Position numbers and translations under genes: made by a program. DNA of 62,430 nt, filler included, from Nemertoderma westbladi (taxonomy: Eukaryota > Animalia > Xenacoelomorpha): assembly GCA_032718475.1 (NCBI GenBank). It is 3 parts of 3 records of this genome, joined end to end, with 100 filler letters (N's around TTAATTAATTAA, not from the genome) between each part and the next. Parts side by side here need not be neighbours in the genome. Positions count along the whole stretch, not along the records: positions 1 to 20,806 come from JAUCBJ010008679.1; 2 more parts are not named here. The stretch is one strand, 5' to 3'. Position 1 is the first letter of the stretch; every line of letters starts with the position of its first letter. Below are positions 1 to 12,900 of this stretch, in pieces. Under the pieces are notes generated by a model. The model saw only the letters and a program-made list of their open reading frames with translations. It was not told the DNA's origin and did not search any database.

Positions 1-138
1 TTTTAGAGTATTTAGCGCATTGTGTAAAAATGACTTGTTTTGTCCGCAAAAGCTTTTACACCGCTCCCAGAAAATGGGATTTAAGTCTATAAAATATAAA
101 AAATCACAGTTTCTAATATATAAAAATACTCTAAACTA

Positions 139-2521
139 TCAGTCCTTCTTTCGCGAATGGCATTTACGAAGTTGTTTGAGACTGGTGAGAGTCTTTTTCT
201 CTTTGGGGCGAGCCACTTTACTAGGAGGGCTATAACTCCTGGGGGAAGGGTGCAATACAATTGCATTTGGATTACGGTCGGTGTATCTGCCGGTCGAGGT
301 ACCCGGTTGATCGATGTCGACATCGGTGGATTGAGAGCGAACAACCTTTAGGGCTCGTTTCAGGACGGCAGCTCGTACTGGTCCTTGATGGGTTGTCTGC
401 ACGATAGCGGTAGGTTGACCATATGTAGTGAGGAATTTTCTCGGTTTAATCGTCTTTTCAAATTCGCGTTCCCTGGCTTTGTATTCATATGGTCGTCTAT
501 GAATTTCTTGTAACTCAGGATGCACGTTTATGAATAACTCAACGTATTCTTTATTCCTTGAACAATACATATAAATTCCAATGGACTAATCGAGTTTTAA
601 TAAATCCATCGAGATTATATGGAGGTATTACGGCATTTTCTATTCTTGAAACATTATAAGGTTTTCTAAATGAGTTTACTTTAACCAATTGATCTAAATG
701 TTCTTGTAGTTGTTCGAGTCCAACAAGATCAAGGGGATTTATCAATGGTAGAAACATTAAACTATGTGTAGGATCTTTGGTTTTCACCATATAATATTGA
801 GTTAAATGGACATAATAGGGGTGATCTTTGATCCCGTAAAATGAGTTCGGTAAATGTCTAGCACGTAGGTTAACTTCGTGTACCATACGATGGACAAGAT
901 CCGCTCGATTGTCCGGAGGTTCAACAAGTATACCGTCGACATGCGCAGCTTCGATTGGCGGACGTTGTAACATAGGAGCGTCAGCGATAAGATCTCTAGA
1001 TCTTAAGTTGATATCAACCGGTTGGGGTTGTGCTGTCGCGAAGAGTTTATCTCCGAAATGGGGAACCATCGAAGGATGAATGATGGTTTTGGAATAGAGA
1101 TCAGTCATAAGTATTTGAACTTCAGGTTGGGCAAAAGCTGCTTCTTCTCTCTCGTCCATTTCAATATGCTTCTCCTCGAGCTGATTCTCCTCCGCTTGTC
1201 TTTGAAAGCATTCGTCTAAGAACTCTTGTAGCGAATATGTACGTCCAAGTTCAATATCTTCCTCCAGATTCTTGATTTCACGATCGAACTGGGGTAAAGC
1301 TAATTCTTTTACCGCTTGAACTTGTTGTTGCAATTTACGTTTGTCTAAACAATCGTATGTTCCTTTTCCTATCTTTTGCCGAATCGCGTCTAGTGTGTTC
1401 CGTATAACACTTTCCTCCACCTCGGTGACAGGTCGTATCGGAGTTAAACTGGAACGATTATACGGGTTGAGCGGAGATATTAGATGTCCGCGTCCCAATC
1501 CGGCTAGGTAGGATGGGCGAATATCTAGAGAGCCCACTACCAGAGCGCCACCGACTAATTGTGCGGGTAACACCAGGTCTTTGAACAATGAGTACAACTC
1601 AGGAGGATCCGTCATACTATTAGGATCGAGAGTCTGCGGTCGCACCGGGGAATGAGGAGGTCTGACCGAGTATTCCGGAACTCTGATCATAGGTTTACTT
1701 AAGGATCGTTGGAGTCAAGCGAGCGTAGGTGGTACGTCAAACATGTTTCGCTCAAAACTCCCGTAAGTACAGCAAGTAAAACCGTGTTTAGCGCAACGTC
1801 TCCGCGGATGTTTATGTCTTTCCGTTTGTTGATTGGGTCTAGGGCATTCATCGCAGTAATACCAAAGACGCACATCTTGTAAGGGAAACGCTGGTGATCT
1901 TTCTCCAGTTTTACAATATTCCTCCATCTGTTCGAAGCTATCTGGTACAACTGGTAGCGGTCGATCGGCAGTAAGATACATCATAGTAAAATACAGTCGT
2001 TTAAGTTCCATCATAGGATTAGGATGTATACCTTGAGGATATCGAGTTTCTAGATTTTGTTGACTAGCTACATTGAGATACGTTTCTCTCAAGAACTTTA
2101 AATATTCGTTAAAGTCACTACGCTTGTCCGGTTCTTCAACATCTTCTCTTTCTAGTCGGTTTTGAATATAATTTTCATGTTCAATTCTCAGTTTATCATT
2201 CCGACTCCACTGGGCATGATATTTAAATAAAATCATTTCCCTTTCAGTATCTACATCGTCAGTATCATGTAAATCGATAGGATGACCAGTAGTTAAGAAG
2301 TCCATATACGTACCATTATGATGTGTATAGCGAGTGGTGAATTTTCTATACTCTAATTCATGCTTGAGCTGTTCCTTTGACATTGGCGGTTCGATATAAT
2401 GGCCATCGTCTTCCATCGTGTGTTGACTCGTGTCGCCGCTTATCAAACTATCAACAAACGCTTGTAGTGGTAGGGTATATCGCTCCCTGATACCAAGATC
2501 ATCTTCTATCAACTCAGTCAT
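139..2521 (-). pseudogene. Disrupted ~790-codon intronless ORF of unknown function (track ORFs 1715..2521, 551..1690 and 139..570); probable accessory ORF of the BEL/Pao element
   Basis: ORFs 1715..2521 and 551..1690 share a frame and are separated only by one TGA and 8 open codons. Removing a 7-nt near-duplication (aggaata/aagaata, ~545-558) joins 551..1690 to 139..570 as ...LFKEYVELF.... There is a Cys/His cluster (CDEC..H.H..CAKH..CC) near 1760-1860. No family recognised. Confidence 0.6.
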
Positions 2522-3709
2522 AGCTGCTATATGAGGTTATCGATATTATATCTAATAAGGCTAGCGGGTGTCGCTGCCTTTACCCCTCTTTGGCCCCCCG
2601 GACAGCCCTGAGATCCTCAGCGCTGATGTACTGCTGTCGCTGTGCCCTTTGCCAACGTAGTAGCCACACAACGACAACAATAACCAGCGCGAGTCACTCC
2701 ACTGTCCATCACAAGGGCTCGAATATACTGGAGGTACTTGATACAGATGTAGGATAACTGTCACAATTGCGGCTCGCTACTGTAAACACACTTTAGTAGT
2801 AACATTCACCTATAAATACACAAATTCCACATTCCTGCCACAATTTGTACAAATTAGGGCCATTTGTCCATTAGTCAGATGCCTTCCAGAATGCAACATT
2901 ATTATTATGTATCCTTAGATGCTATCAAGGTGCTATTTATTACGCATGCTATTCAATAGGGGTAAGCTTTCTATTGTTATTTTAACTCACTTCTAATTCT
3001 AGCGTGGTTGTTACTATGGTGACATTATGCAAAGCTAGCGGTAGAATTAGGGTATTTCTCATGCATACAGATCTGGGGCGATGAGTAATTGGTTCTCTGT
3101 TAATGTCTTCTGTTAACTTAGACAGAGAACACTAACAGAGGGTTTTATCAGAGAGTGCAAATTTGGTGAGCAATTGACCTATTTTAGTTCGCTGTTAAAA
3201 TGTTCTCTGTTAGCCTTCTGTTTAGGGGGTGAGCAGATCATTAACAGAGAACTAACTTTTCCATATGCGGTCCCTTTGATGTATGAAAATTTCCATATGC
3301 GGCATCCCTTTATTCTTGTTAATGATTCAATATAAAAACATCCACTGATAATGTGCAGTGCCACCCACGATCCCGATTATGTTTACTCTATACTGTCTAT
3401 ATTGTTTATACTGATCTACTCATGTGTACTCGCATGGTCAACTATATACTCAGCAACGCAACCAAAAGAGCTGCATAATACTGTAGAGCCTTAAAATAAC
3501 GTATTAAGAGACTCATTATTTATTTAAAGACGCCTGTGGACCTTAAGGCTCCATTGCTCTAAAAAATATAATATCAGAAAAATGTTATTTTTTAACGAAA
3601 ATTTTGTTAAATCCATTCTAATTCACATAGGGGCCTCCTAATTAAAATATTGATAGCATCGATTCAATAATTAAATTTATTATATTAATGAAAAGGAGTA
3701 GGTTACAGT

Positions 3710-3853
3710 GAAGGTAAAGTAAAAGTAAAGTTTTCTTCGGCCGGTAGGCCAGTGATTACGCACAAAGTCTTATTTCCAGTGCGGTCCCAGAGAATTACAA
3801 GAGGAAACTCCAGTACTCATTTAGCTACCACTCAAGTAAGGATGCAAGGAAGA
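3710..3853 (-). mobile_element. 3' fragment of a tRNA-derived SINE (same family as 42150-42380)
   Basis: Shares gcacaaagtc..ttatttccagtgcggtccc..gaggaaactccagtactcatttagctaccact..aaggatgcaagg with 42152-42255. Has a (tttac)-type tail on the minus strand. Confidence 0.65.
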
Positions 3854-4050
3854 GTACAATAGCGTACCGAGGGGGAGACCGTGTGGCTATAGCCCCCCCC
3901 CCCTCCCCCCTTGAAAGAAAGTAGAAAAAAATTCCTCAAAAATTTAACTATCAGAAGTTATCTTAATTAAGCCGTAGCGGTTTAATCCATTGCCTTGAAT
4001 TCACGTCCCCCTGAAGGTGGTGTGTTTAAAACCCACAAATCGTATGTACA

Positions 4051-4699
4051 TGTAAGCGGATTCAATTCCATTGCACTATCCACCCGAAAATGGGACCAGT
4101 GGCATTTTACCAATATAGTTGGGGATACGAGATTACCAATAATAATCTCGCCTCATAACCAACTTTGGGGGGGGGGGGGGGGATACAAGCCCCAAAGCCA
4201 CAGAGAGAGGTGAGAGGTCAAACCACCTCGGAGAGAAAACAGCTAGTAAAGGCTAGCAGCGGGGGGAAACACTGACAGGGAGTGCCAAAGTGACAATTAG
4301 TATGTAAGCCAATAGCAGGCAGGGGAGCACGTGAACAGAGATAGGAGAGCATCCACTGGGTACAAGGCCAAGTAGAGTAAGAGAGGAAACCAATATCTGT
4401 GTGTATCAATCATATATTATTCTGTATTACTGATTTACCGGTCAGTTCATTAATCACAGAGTTGCAGACGTCGCCAACTAATATCTGTTACCGATTTACT
4501 GCTGTCATTCATTCTGTATTGCGATATCAGTCACATTAATAATTCTGTGTTATTATCATTTGGAACATTAACATTGAGGAACACAAAACTCTGTTATTTT
4601 CCCGAACGGCTCTCAGCCTAAAGAACATTAGCCCAGCAGACCAGCAGTCAGGCGACGCGTACAAAATATAACCCGGTGGGGATCTACGATCCCATCACA
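4051..4699 (+). mobile_element. Solo LTR related to the BEL/Pao LTRs at 27.5 and 35 kb
   Basis: Starts TG (tgtaagcggattcaattcc) and ends CA (gatcccatcaca). 5-bp TSD GTACA at 4046-4050 and 4700-4704. The 5' part matches the reverse complement of 28050-28114. Confidence 0.85.
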
Positions 4700-5126
4700 G
4701 TACAAAATGTATTTTTTGTTTACATTTAGGTCTCCGTAGTAACCGTAGGAAAGTCCCTGTAAAACATTGAAAATCGAAGAGAAAGAAAATTCGAAATGCA
4801 CTGCCTTTAAATTTTACCTACTATTTCAATATTTTTTATTTTTTTTTAAACATAATAATTATATCTAACACACAGTTTCTATTTATAAATCAACATTAAT
4901 TACGTATTTAATATTTTGAGAGTTTCTAATTTGCATGTTATTATTATTTAGATACCGGAACTGGCTGAAAGAGATAGAAAACCTGTTTCAGCGATTGCTT
5001 TGGTGGCTTTACCAGCAGCCTTTCTGTGGCTCCTTGAACCACGTAGACACATCACGGACGATCTCAGAAGGGCAAAACACATCTTTGACTTATTCTTTGA
5101 CTTTGACATAATCCTTGACTTTTACA

Positions 5127-7154
5127 TCACCGTTCGCGAAGTTTAATGAACTTACTGTACTGTAGTTTCTGTTTAGGGTTTATTGCCTGTTCACTCTTGA
5201 AAAAATCTCTCCACAATTCGATCTCGTGCAACTTTACCAATAATGTCGTACTCCACAGTAGCCCGAACATCATATTGACGATCAGCAATTTCTTCTTCAT
5301 CATATCGTGCATCAACTGGTACATTACACCTGATAGCATAATTGTGTAGACATGCACAAGCATGTATTTACATGCGCAAGCAAGTATTTTGCGCTCCAAG
5401 GATAGACAACGAAATCGAGATTTAACAACTCCATTGACCCTTTCTACTATCGACCGCGTCCTCTTATGCGCCGTGTTGTACCGCAATTGAGAACTAGTAA
5501 GTGGCTTCTCAATAGGCGTCATCAACCATTTTTTCAAACCATACCCCCCCCCCCCCCCAAATCTGCCAACAACCAACCTGTAGCGTTATCTTGAAATCTC
5601 CCAGGTGCACCACTCTGTCGTAATAGGAAGGAATCATGCGAAGCGCCTGGGAAACAACAAATGTCTAAAATACGCATTTTGGCATCACATACAATTTGCG
5701 TATTTATTGTATGTCGATTCTTACGTCCATTTACATAAGCACTTTCATTATCTACAGGAGTTGAAATGTTGATGTGCGTCCCATCAACCAATCCGACAGT
5801 ACCAGGCGATTCCTTTATACTGGCTGTGGTTCGTTGAGTACTCGTAAAATTCCTTCTGAATCTCGGCTTGGCGGGATGTATCAGGCCATTTAATGAACCC
5901 ATCCTTGTGTTTGTACAACGCATTGGACACGCTATGTATGCATTTGGCCGCTGTACTACTACTAGGATCGGCATGCTGCATTGCAGCTGCATTTTTAAGT
6001 ATGCTGTGCCGGCTTATCGACAAAATTGCTCCGCCACAACTCCCTATCACCCATGACATTTGCTAGATCATCCGCATCTTCAAGGCCAGTTTCCTTTAAG
6101 ATGCGTCTCAAGAAAGTCATGAGCTGTTCACCATGCTTATTCACTCCACGAGGCTGCCAAAGTACAAGATTATGCACTGGCTGGTCCTCATGGCGAAAGC
6201 AATGTCCTGCAAAGCGGAGATGATTTTGTTCTAGTGTCAAGTTTGGGGGAACCAATGAGACACCTCCAATGTTATATAGTGTCTCGTTGGAGATGTGTGC
6301 ATTATACTTGACACAATGAACCCGGCGTAGCATTCTTGTGAATGTGCCATCCAGAGATTTGGTGTCCTCAGCAGTTAGAGCCCAGCATGGACTTCCATAG
6401 AGGAGTACTGGAACTACTGCTGCTCTAAATAATCGGACCTTAAGTTTCCGATTAAGTCTCGGTTACTTCCAAATCCTGGAAAGCCTATTCAAGGCTGCCC
6501 ATGCCTTTCCTTTACGTATTCGAAGGTCCTCACCTGACTTCCGGATCCATGTTCCCAGGTAACAGAAGTCGTCCACATGCTCAAGCATACCATCCTTTGA
6601 GCTTATGCTCATCCGATCAGAGACTTACTGAGAACTTTCAAGGTTAACCGTCAAAATTTTGGTCTTTCTGGAGTTAATAAAAAGACCAACACTAGAAGAA
6701 GCATGTTCTAATGAGCTGAGGAGCCGTTGGGTTCCCTCTAGTGATTCTGAGAGTACTCCTAAGTCATCAGCAAAGTCTAGATCAGTTAGGTACTTGGCAG
6801 GATTTCCTCGAGTTCTGGAGCCAGTTGGTGGAGTTATCATCACCCCATCATCATTATGATGATCTAAGGACATGCCTAGAACATAGTCAACAACAATTAT
6901 GAACAAGAATGGTGCAAGTGTGTCTCCCTGGAGGACGCCCCATAACACTTCAAATGGTTCTGTGTCACCGTCAACAGTAGACACAAATGTTGTCGAACCA
7001 TCGTATACTGATCTGATTGCTGCAATAATTTCATCAGGAACCTGAACCTTTCAAAAAAAACATATTGTCGTAATTGGGATAACGGGTTGTACTTCTTATT
7101 ATATACTGGTTTACGCCTGTTACCAATTTCTATGTCAAACTGAACACGCCACAT
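5127..7154 (-). pseudogene. HARBI1-like Harbinger DDE transposase, frameshifted and interrupted by an RTE
   Basis: Motifs GLVDGTHI, NRHTINTQIVCD, PGASHDS, WLLAD.G.Y, YNTAHKRTRSIVERVNGVVKSRFRCL. The N-terminus MWRVQ...FFERFR lies beyond the RTE at ~7041-7154. Confidence 0.88.
5954..7040 (-). mobile_element. 5'-truncated RTE-clade non-LTR retrotransposon (RT C-terminal part, degraded)
   Basis: GVLQGDTLAPFLF and DLDFADD motifs, (TAG)n tail. Highly similar to the copy at 44237-45523. Confidence 0.9.
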
Positions 7155-7700
7155 GTTAATGTTAAATATTACAGTTGGCAATATTACATGGTGTGTTAAC
7201 ACGTGCTTCTGCTAATAGCCTAAACAGAGGTTTTACCTCTGTTAAGGAAAATGTTCTCAGTTAGTTCACAGAGAACTAACAGTGAACGTAAAACTCACCC
7301 TTTAACAGTGACTTATCAGACAGAGAACTAACATTGCCAATAACTCACCGACTAAAATTATCAGCGAACAAATCTTCTCTGTTAGCTTAACAGAGGCTTA
7401 ACAGAGGCAATTGCTCATCGCCCCTGGGATGCTATTTAATAATGACTCTTTAGATGTTAATATTCCCTTTATACATGATTTTTATTAATTTTGTCGGCTA
7501 TTGACTGTACACTGGAGATTCTCTCACACTGATATACTTAATAGGGTGAATCTCCGCTCCCATGATCTATTAATTAACGGAATTTTGGGAATGTTTATAA
7601 ATTGTGTAAAATGACAATTTATTTAATTCATGAGAGGATATGAATTTAAAATTTATTCCCGTGAATTTTATTATTTAATATTAAAATAGACACAGTTTTA

Positions 7701-8067
7701 TTCCAGAACATGTCTGGGGACTCTGATCCTTGATTCCAGAAATTTTGTCTTTTAAGGGTATCGATAAGTACTACGATATCTTAATCGACTAAAATTTTAG
7801 AGGATCTAAGGGTTTAATAGATTTGGTCAGCATTTTATTATAATAATGCTGTGAAGATTTAACAGATTTTTATGTCAACATTTTGTTGTAATAATGTTAT
7901 GAATATTTAACAAATAGTTAATATTTAGGATGGGCACCGATTTATTCCAGAACATATCTGGGGACGTTAACCACTGATTCTAGAATTTTGTCTTTCAAGT
8001 ATATCGGTGGGTGCCGCAATATCTTAATCGACTAGAATTTCAGATGGTCAAAGGGTTTAACAGATTT
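7701..8067. repeat. Two diverged ~125-bp direct repeats (7701-7823, 7945-8067)
   Basis: ttccagaacat(g/a)tctggggac...tatcttaatcgacta...aagggtttaa.agattt occurs twice, period ~244 bp. Confidence 0.75.
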
Positions 8068-8745
8068 ACAGGTCAAAGAATTTAACAGATTTACTTTGAC
8101 AGCGTTACTGTTAAATGGACATCTTTCTACTATATGTATTATTTAAGATACGGTACAAGAGCAATAATGCAAGAAGCAATGTCAGTGAGAAGAGGCAAGT
8201 CATTTCCAAGGTCTACCCAGAGCTTGGTTTAGCCGAGACAAGAGGATCTGAACTTTGCATTCCTAATACTCTACTTTACCAATAATACCTAAGTATAGTA
8301 GGAGCAGTATATTGTACTTTAATAAGTACTGACATTTCATCTTACTGTAGTCACGTATTTATAGTAGGATACGGACAGTAAGGAAAGAGAAAACGAAATT
8401 ATTTCTCGCCGTTAACGACATATATTATACTAAGTAATTACGTAATAAAATATGAAATATATTGCACTAATCTACTAATTAATCGTTTAAAAATATTATT
8501 ATACTAAATAAAATGAAAGAAAACAATCATAATAATATAAATTACATAATAATGCGTACATAAATATAAAAATAAACAAATAAAATAATATAGCCACACA
8601 CTTAACGCTGTTAAGTTGGGGAGTCCCTAGATGTTTGTTGGATTAGGGAGGTGGTCATGGGAAGAGTCTCTTGTTTTCCGTAGTTGCCGGACAACTCTCG
8701 GTCTCTTTCCAATAAACATAAACGACCAACCGGGCGATTAAGTTG

Positions 8746-9982
8746 TCATCATCATCATCATAATGTTTTTTATGTACCCACAATAGCCGCTTGAGGTCTG
8801 ATGACCTCATTTACAAGCGGGTTGTGGTAAGGCATGTATAACATTAGAGTGATATACCGAAGTACAATTTTTACCGGTAAATTAAATAAAATAAACAAAA
8901 AGTTTAAGAGTTAGATCCGTAATGTAAAATCTGGATTTTTCTATTCGTTGAATCGTTATATCGTCATATTTTTTTCGAGCCATTTTTTGCAGTTAACTGC
9001 AAACGACTTCAGTGAACGAGATTCGACCAGTGTGTTAGGAATTTTGTTCCATAACACGCTGGCAGAGTAACTGAAGGTCTTCTGAGTGGCGCTGAGGTGG
9101 GTTTGTGGCAAGATAACGCGATGTGTGGTGGCGTGGCAGGTTGGGTAATTGTGAGATTCCGAAGCGAGTTGGAACGAATTAATTAGATAATTCGGCGCAG
9201 TTTTGTTAACAATTCGATATGCTAGTTTCAACTGGTTGAGCATCACCATTTTCCTTACGGAAAGCCATTTTACCGATGCCAACTCTTGATTTCCGATGTG
9301 TGACAACCTGTAATTTCTCTCGCCGTTTATCCATCGAATTTTCTGGTGGTTAAATATCATTCGAACTAACGAGTTCTGGTGAGATTGGAGTTTACTCTTA
9401 AATTTCTGCTGACAGAAATTATAGTAGCAAACATTGGCATAGTTAAAGTACGGCAGAGCGAGAGCCGTTGCGAGATTCTTCGCAGTACGAGTTGAGAAAC
9501 ATCTCCGTTGTTTCCATAGAAACCCGACTGTTTGTGATATTTTTCCCATAATCGCCCTGCCGTGCTCCTCAAATTTAAGCTGCTCATCTATTATTACTCC
9601 GAGATATTTCACCTTCTTCGATTTCTCTACTCCTGAAACATTGTACTTCTCATCGATTTTCTGCATCATCACTGGAGTTCCAAAAAACAACAATTTGCAT
9701 TTATCTGGGTGCACTGTCAGTTTTTTATTGATAAACCATTGAGACAGCGCAGCAAATTGTGATTCCATATTGCACTTCAGTTCGTTGATGTCCTCGAGCA
9801 ACACTGTAGCGTTGTATCATCTGCAAATAGCTTGATGCTAGCTATAGTGGTGTCTATGGAGCATCCAATGTCGTTAATAAATATGGAGTATAGGATCGGT
9901 CCTAAAATTGATCCCTGGGGTACTCCATATGAGACAACCTCCTCATCACTAGTCTCCCCTTTTAAAGAAGTCTCCCCTTTTT
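8746..9982 (-). mobile_element. 5'-truncated L2/Crack-like LINE inserted in the BEL integrase
   Basis: GVPQGSILGP and LFADD motifs, C-terminal RT ORF 8956..9804, 3' stem-loop (8778-8828), (ATG)n tail. 4-bp TSD gttg (8742-8745, 9983-9986); removing the LINE restores ESQLNRPVGRLCLLE in frame. Confidence 0.85.
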
Positions 9983-12900
9983 GTTGAGATTCGAAAACAA
10001 TTCCAGGTTTCTTGAAGTTACGTCGCATGATGACGAGTTCTACCGATCTTACTAAACCATCATTGGATATATGAGTCTCGATGATACGATCTGTCTGCCA
10101 CCTCTTATGGGGAATATCTGATTCCACAATGAGGACCATGTTTCTGGCGCTGACATTTTCTTGCTGCGCAAACCACTTAGTTCGAAGTTGTAGCGTAGGA
10201 AGATAATATTTTTCGAAATGGTCAGCGAAACGACGGGATAATAACTGCATAAGTTGCCAAGTTTGTCGGCAGTACTCGTCTCCGTCCGTTATTTCCGACT
10301 GCGGGAGCATGGCTACAGGTTTCTTTAGCAGGATATGAGCGGGTGTTAGGAACGGAACTACAAAGTTAAATGCGGTTTTCACGCTACATATGAGTCTCTC
10401 CCAACTTCCTCCCCACCAAGGGGCGTCGGCGGCGTTGAAGGTCCAGCTAGATGCTGTTACTCTCAACTGATCGTCCACCTGTCTTTGGTTCCAATCGTTT
10501 ACGTAAGCTTTAATCTCATTGTTGGCGCCAATGATATTAGTACTTTTGTCAGATCTCATAGTGTTGCTAGTACCAAAACGAGCGATTTGTCGGTGTAAAC
10601 TTAGTATGAAGCTGTTGGTAGATAGATAGTGCACCATATCAAGATGGATCGCTCTACAAGTCATACAAACAAAGATGACGCACCATCGCTTGACTATAGT
10701 CCTAGCACGATACACTTCAATAGGGCCAAATATATCCATACCAGTATTGGTAAAGGGTGGTTCATAACAGCTTACTCTTTCCCTAGGTAATTCTGCCTCT
10801 CGATGTGTTAAAGGCCTACTAAATGCTTTCCTACATGGTATACAGTTCCTAAGAACTTGGTTTAGAGCTCTACGGGGCTTATGGAAATAATAGCGAGTTC
10901 GAATTTCGCTAAGAACTCATTCTCTACCAGCGTGGTAAAGCTTACTGTGAACATCTACAATCATCTTGATTTGTATTTCAAGATTTCTAATTAGTATGGG
11001 AAACTTATTGTCAAAGGACAATGGAGCATTGGTTAATCTCCCTCCGACACGTATTAGCCCATCTATCATTGTACTAGAGAATGAATCCCTTAAGCGCATC
11101 TGTGGATTTCTCAACAACAGGAAATACTTTTCGGAATTCTCGTAACATTGTAGGAGTCTCAGTATCTGCTTGTTGGTATCATCATGTTATTGGCAACTGA
11201 TCTTCTCAGTTAGAAACTTATTAGGTAGCCAATAAGTGGGAAGGTCTTTGGTAGCATGGACCCTTTCAGCTACTACTGAAGTGGCATCATTAGCGATCTT
11301 CGTCCTAGAATAGGGATGATGGAAACATCGTTTTAAATACACTTTCCCTTATTCTCTTTCCCTTATTTCTATGACGAATTTATTTATGTTCCGAGTAATG
11401 TCCATGGATTGATTCGGATCCACAGTGACATCACCGGCGGTGTGTAGCATAGACAGATCTATCGCTGGCTTAAACAGTTTTGATTTACTCGTCCGGGTTT
11501 TCGGTTTGACTTTCTCTGGCGTCTCCAAAAACATGGAGTTGATAGGAATACGTGGGGAGAACATGACCGAAATATGAGTGGGAAATCTTAAAGTTCTCGA
11601 TAGATGGTAAAGAATTCTCCCACTTCATCCACTTCTTTGTCAGTTCTCCCTGGAGTGGATCATCCCAAAAGTGGTATTCGAGCCACATTTGTTGTACCAA
11701 GCTCCGAGCAACTAGGATTACGGGGCTAATGAATCCCAATGGATCGAAGTAAGTGCTCAGAATACTCAGGCAAATCCATTTAGTTTGAACGGGATTATCA
11801 CGTTGTTTCAGTTGGAAAAATAAAATGTCTCTCTCTGTGTCCCATTTCAGTCCAAGGGTTTTAGTTTCGGGGAGATTGTCCTTAATGAGGTCAAGATCTT
11901 TAACACCTCGGTCTTCCACTGGGATCGATTCTAGGAACTCACGGGTGTTACTAGTGAATTTGGTTAGACGAAATCCACCTCGTTGTAAGCACTCTACCGT
12001 TCCCTTGGCAACATCGATTGCTTCTTCCACCGATGGGAGGGACTTTAGATTGTCATCCATATAAATATCCCGTTTGATGTTGTCGATAACTGCTTTAGAG
12101 AAGGCGTCTCTATTATCATCAGCAGTGGTGCGCACTACCGAACAAGCATTCGAGGGGCACGATATGATCCCGAAAGCCTGGATTGTCATCCAGTACTCCA
12201 CCGGTTTTCGGTTGAGGTCTCCTTCAGGCCACCACAGAAATCGTAGGCTATCTTGATCACTAGCTAACGCTTTAACTTGTAGAAACATGCCTTCAATGTC
12301 GGAGGCGAAGGCGATAGAATATTTCCGTAGTTGTAATAATATTCCCAACAAAGATTGGAGTAAGTTGGGTCCCGGCAACAGTTCTGAGTTGAGGGATTGT
12401 CCCATATAAAGGGCGGAGCCATCGAACACTACCTGGACTTCGTTTGGTTTACCGGGCTTAGGAACATAATGGTGTGTCAAGTAATACGTTCTTTCCATTA
12501 TGGGTGTTTCTTCCGGAACTCGCTCTGCGTACCCTTTGTCGATGAATTTCTTTAGTTGCGTTTTATACATCTCTTTGGCTCGATCGTTAGATGTTAAGTG
12601 CCGATGTAGTTGTGCGATTCTCTTTTCCGCTAAAGGTCGGTTATTAACAAAGCTGGGTTCTCTTCACCTAAAAGGCAGACCAATCTCATAACGACCCTCC
12701 TCCTTCAGATAACGAGTAGTCGTCTCCTGAATTTGCTTAGCTCTCTCTTCCTCGACGGATAACGCTTTATCGTAGGAATTAGGCTCTACAGCTTCTTGAG
12801 TAAAGAATTGTACCGCGTGTTCATCACGTATCTTATCATTGTATCGCTCTACCACCTCATTGAGTTCGTCGTCGTAAGTCGATAGTCCGTTGTTTTGACA

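Larger units (their letters stand above)
3076..7423 (-). mobile_element. PIF/Harbinger DNA transposon with nested insertions
   Basis: TIRs gggcgatgagtaattg (3076-3091) and caattgctcatcgccc (7408-7423). 3-bp TSD CTG at 3073-3075 and 7424-7426. Sub-terminal ctctgtta/taacagag repeats. Internal Harbinger transposase. Confidence 0.9.

Noticed and set aside
8790-8812. CTGATGA inside a hairpin
   Set aside because: It is the antisense of the LINE 3' stem-loop and has no GAAA core.
9777-10739. Novel integrase-RT fusion protein
   Set aside because: Explained by a LINE insertion with a 4-bp TSD.
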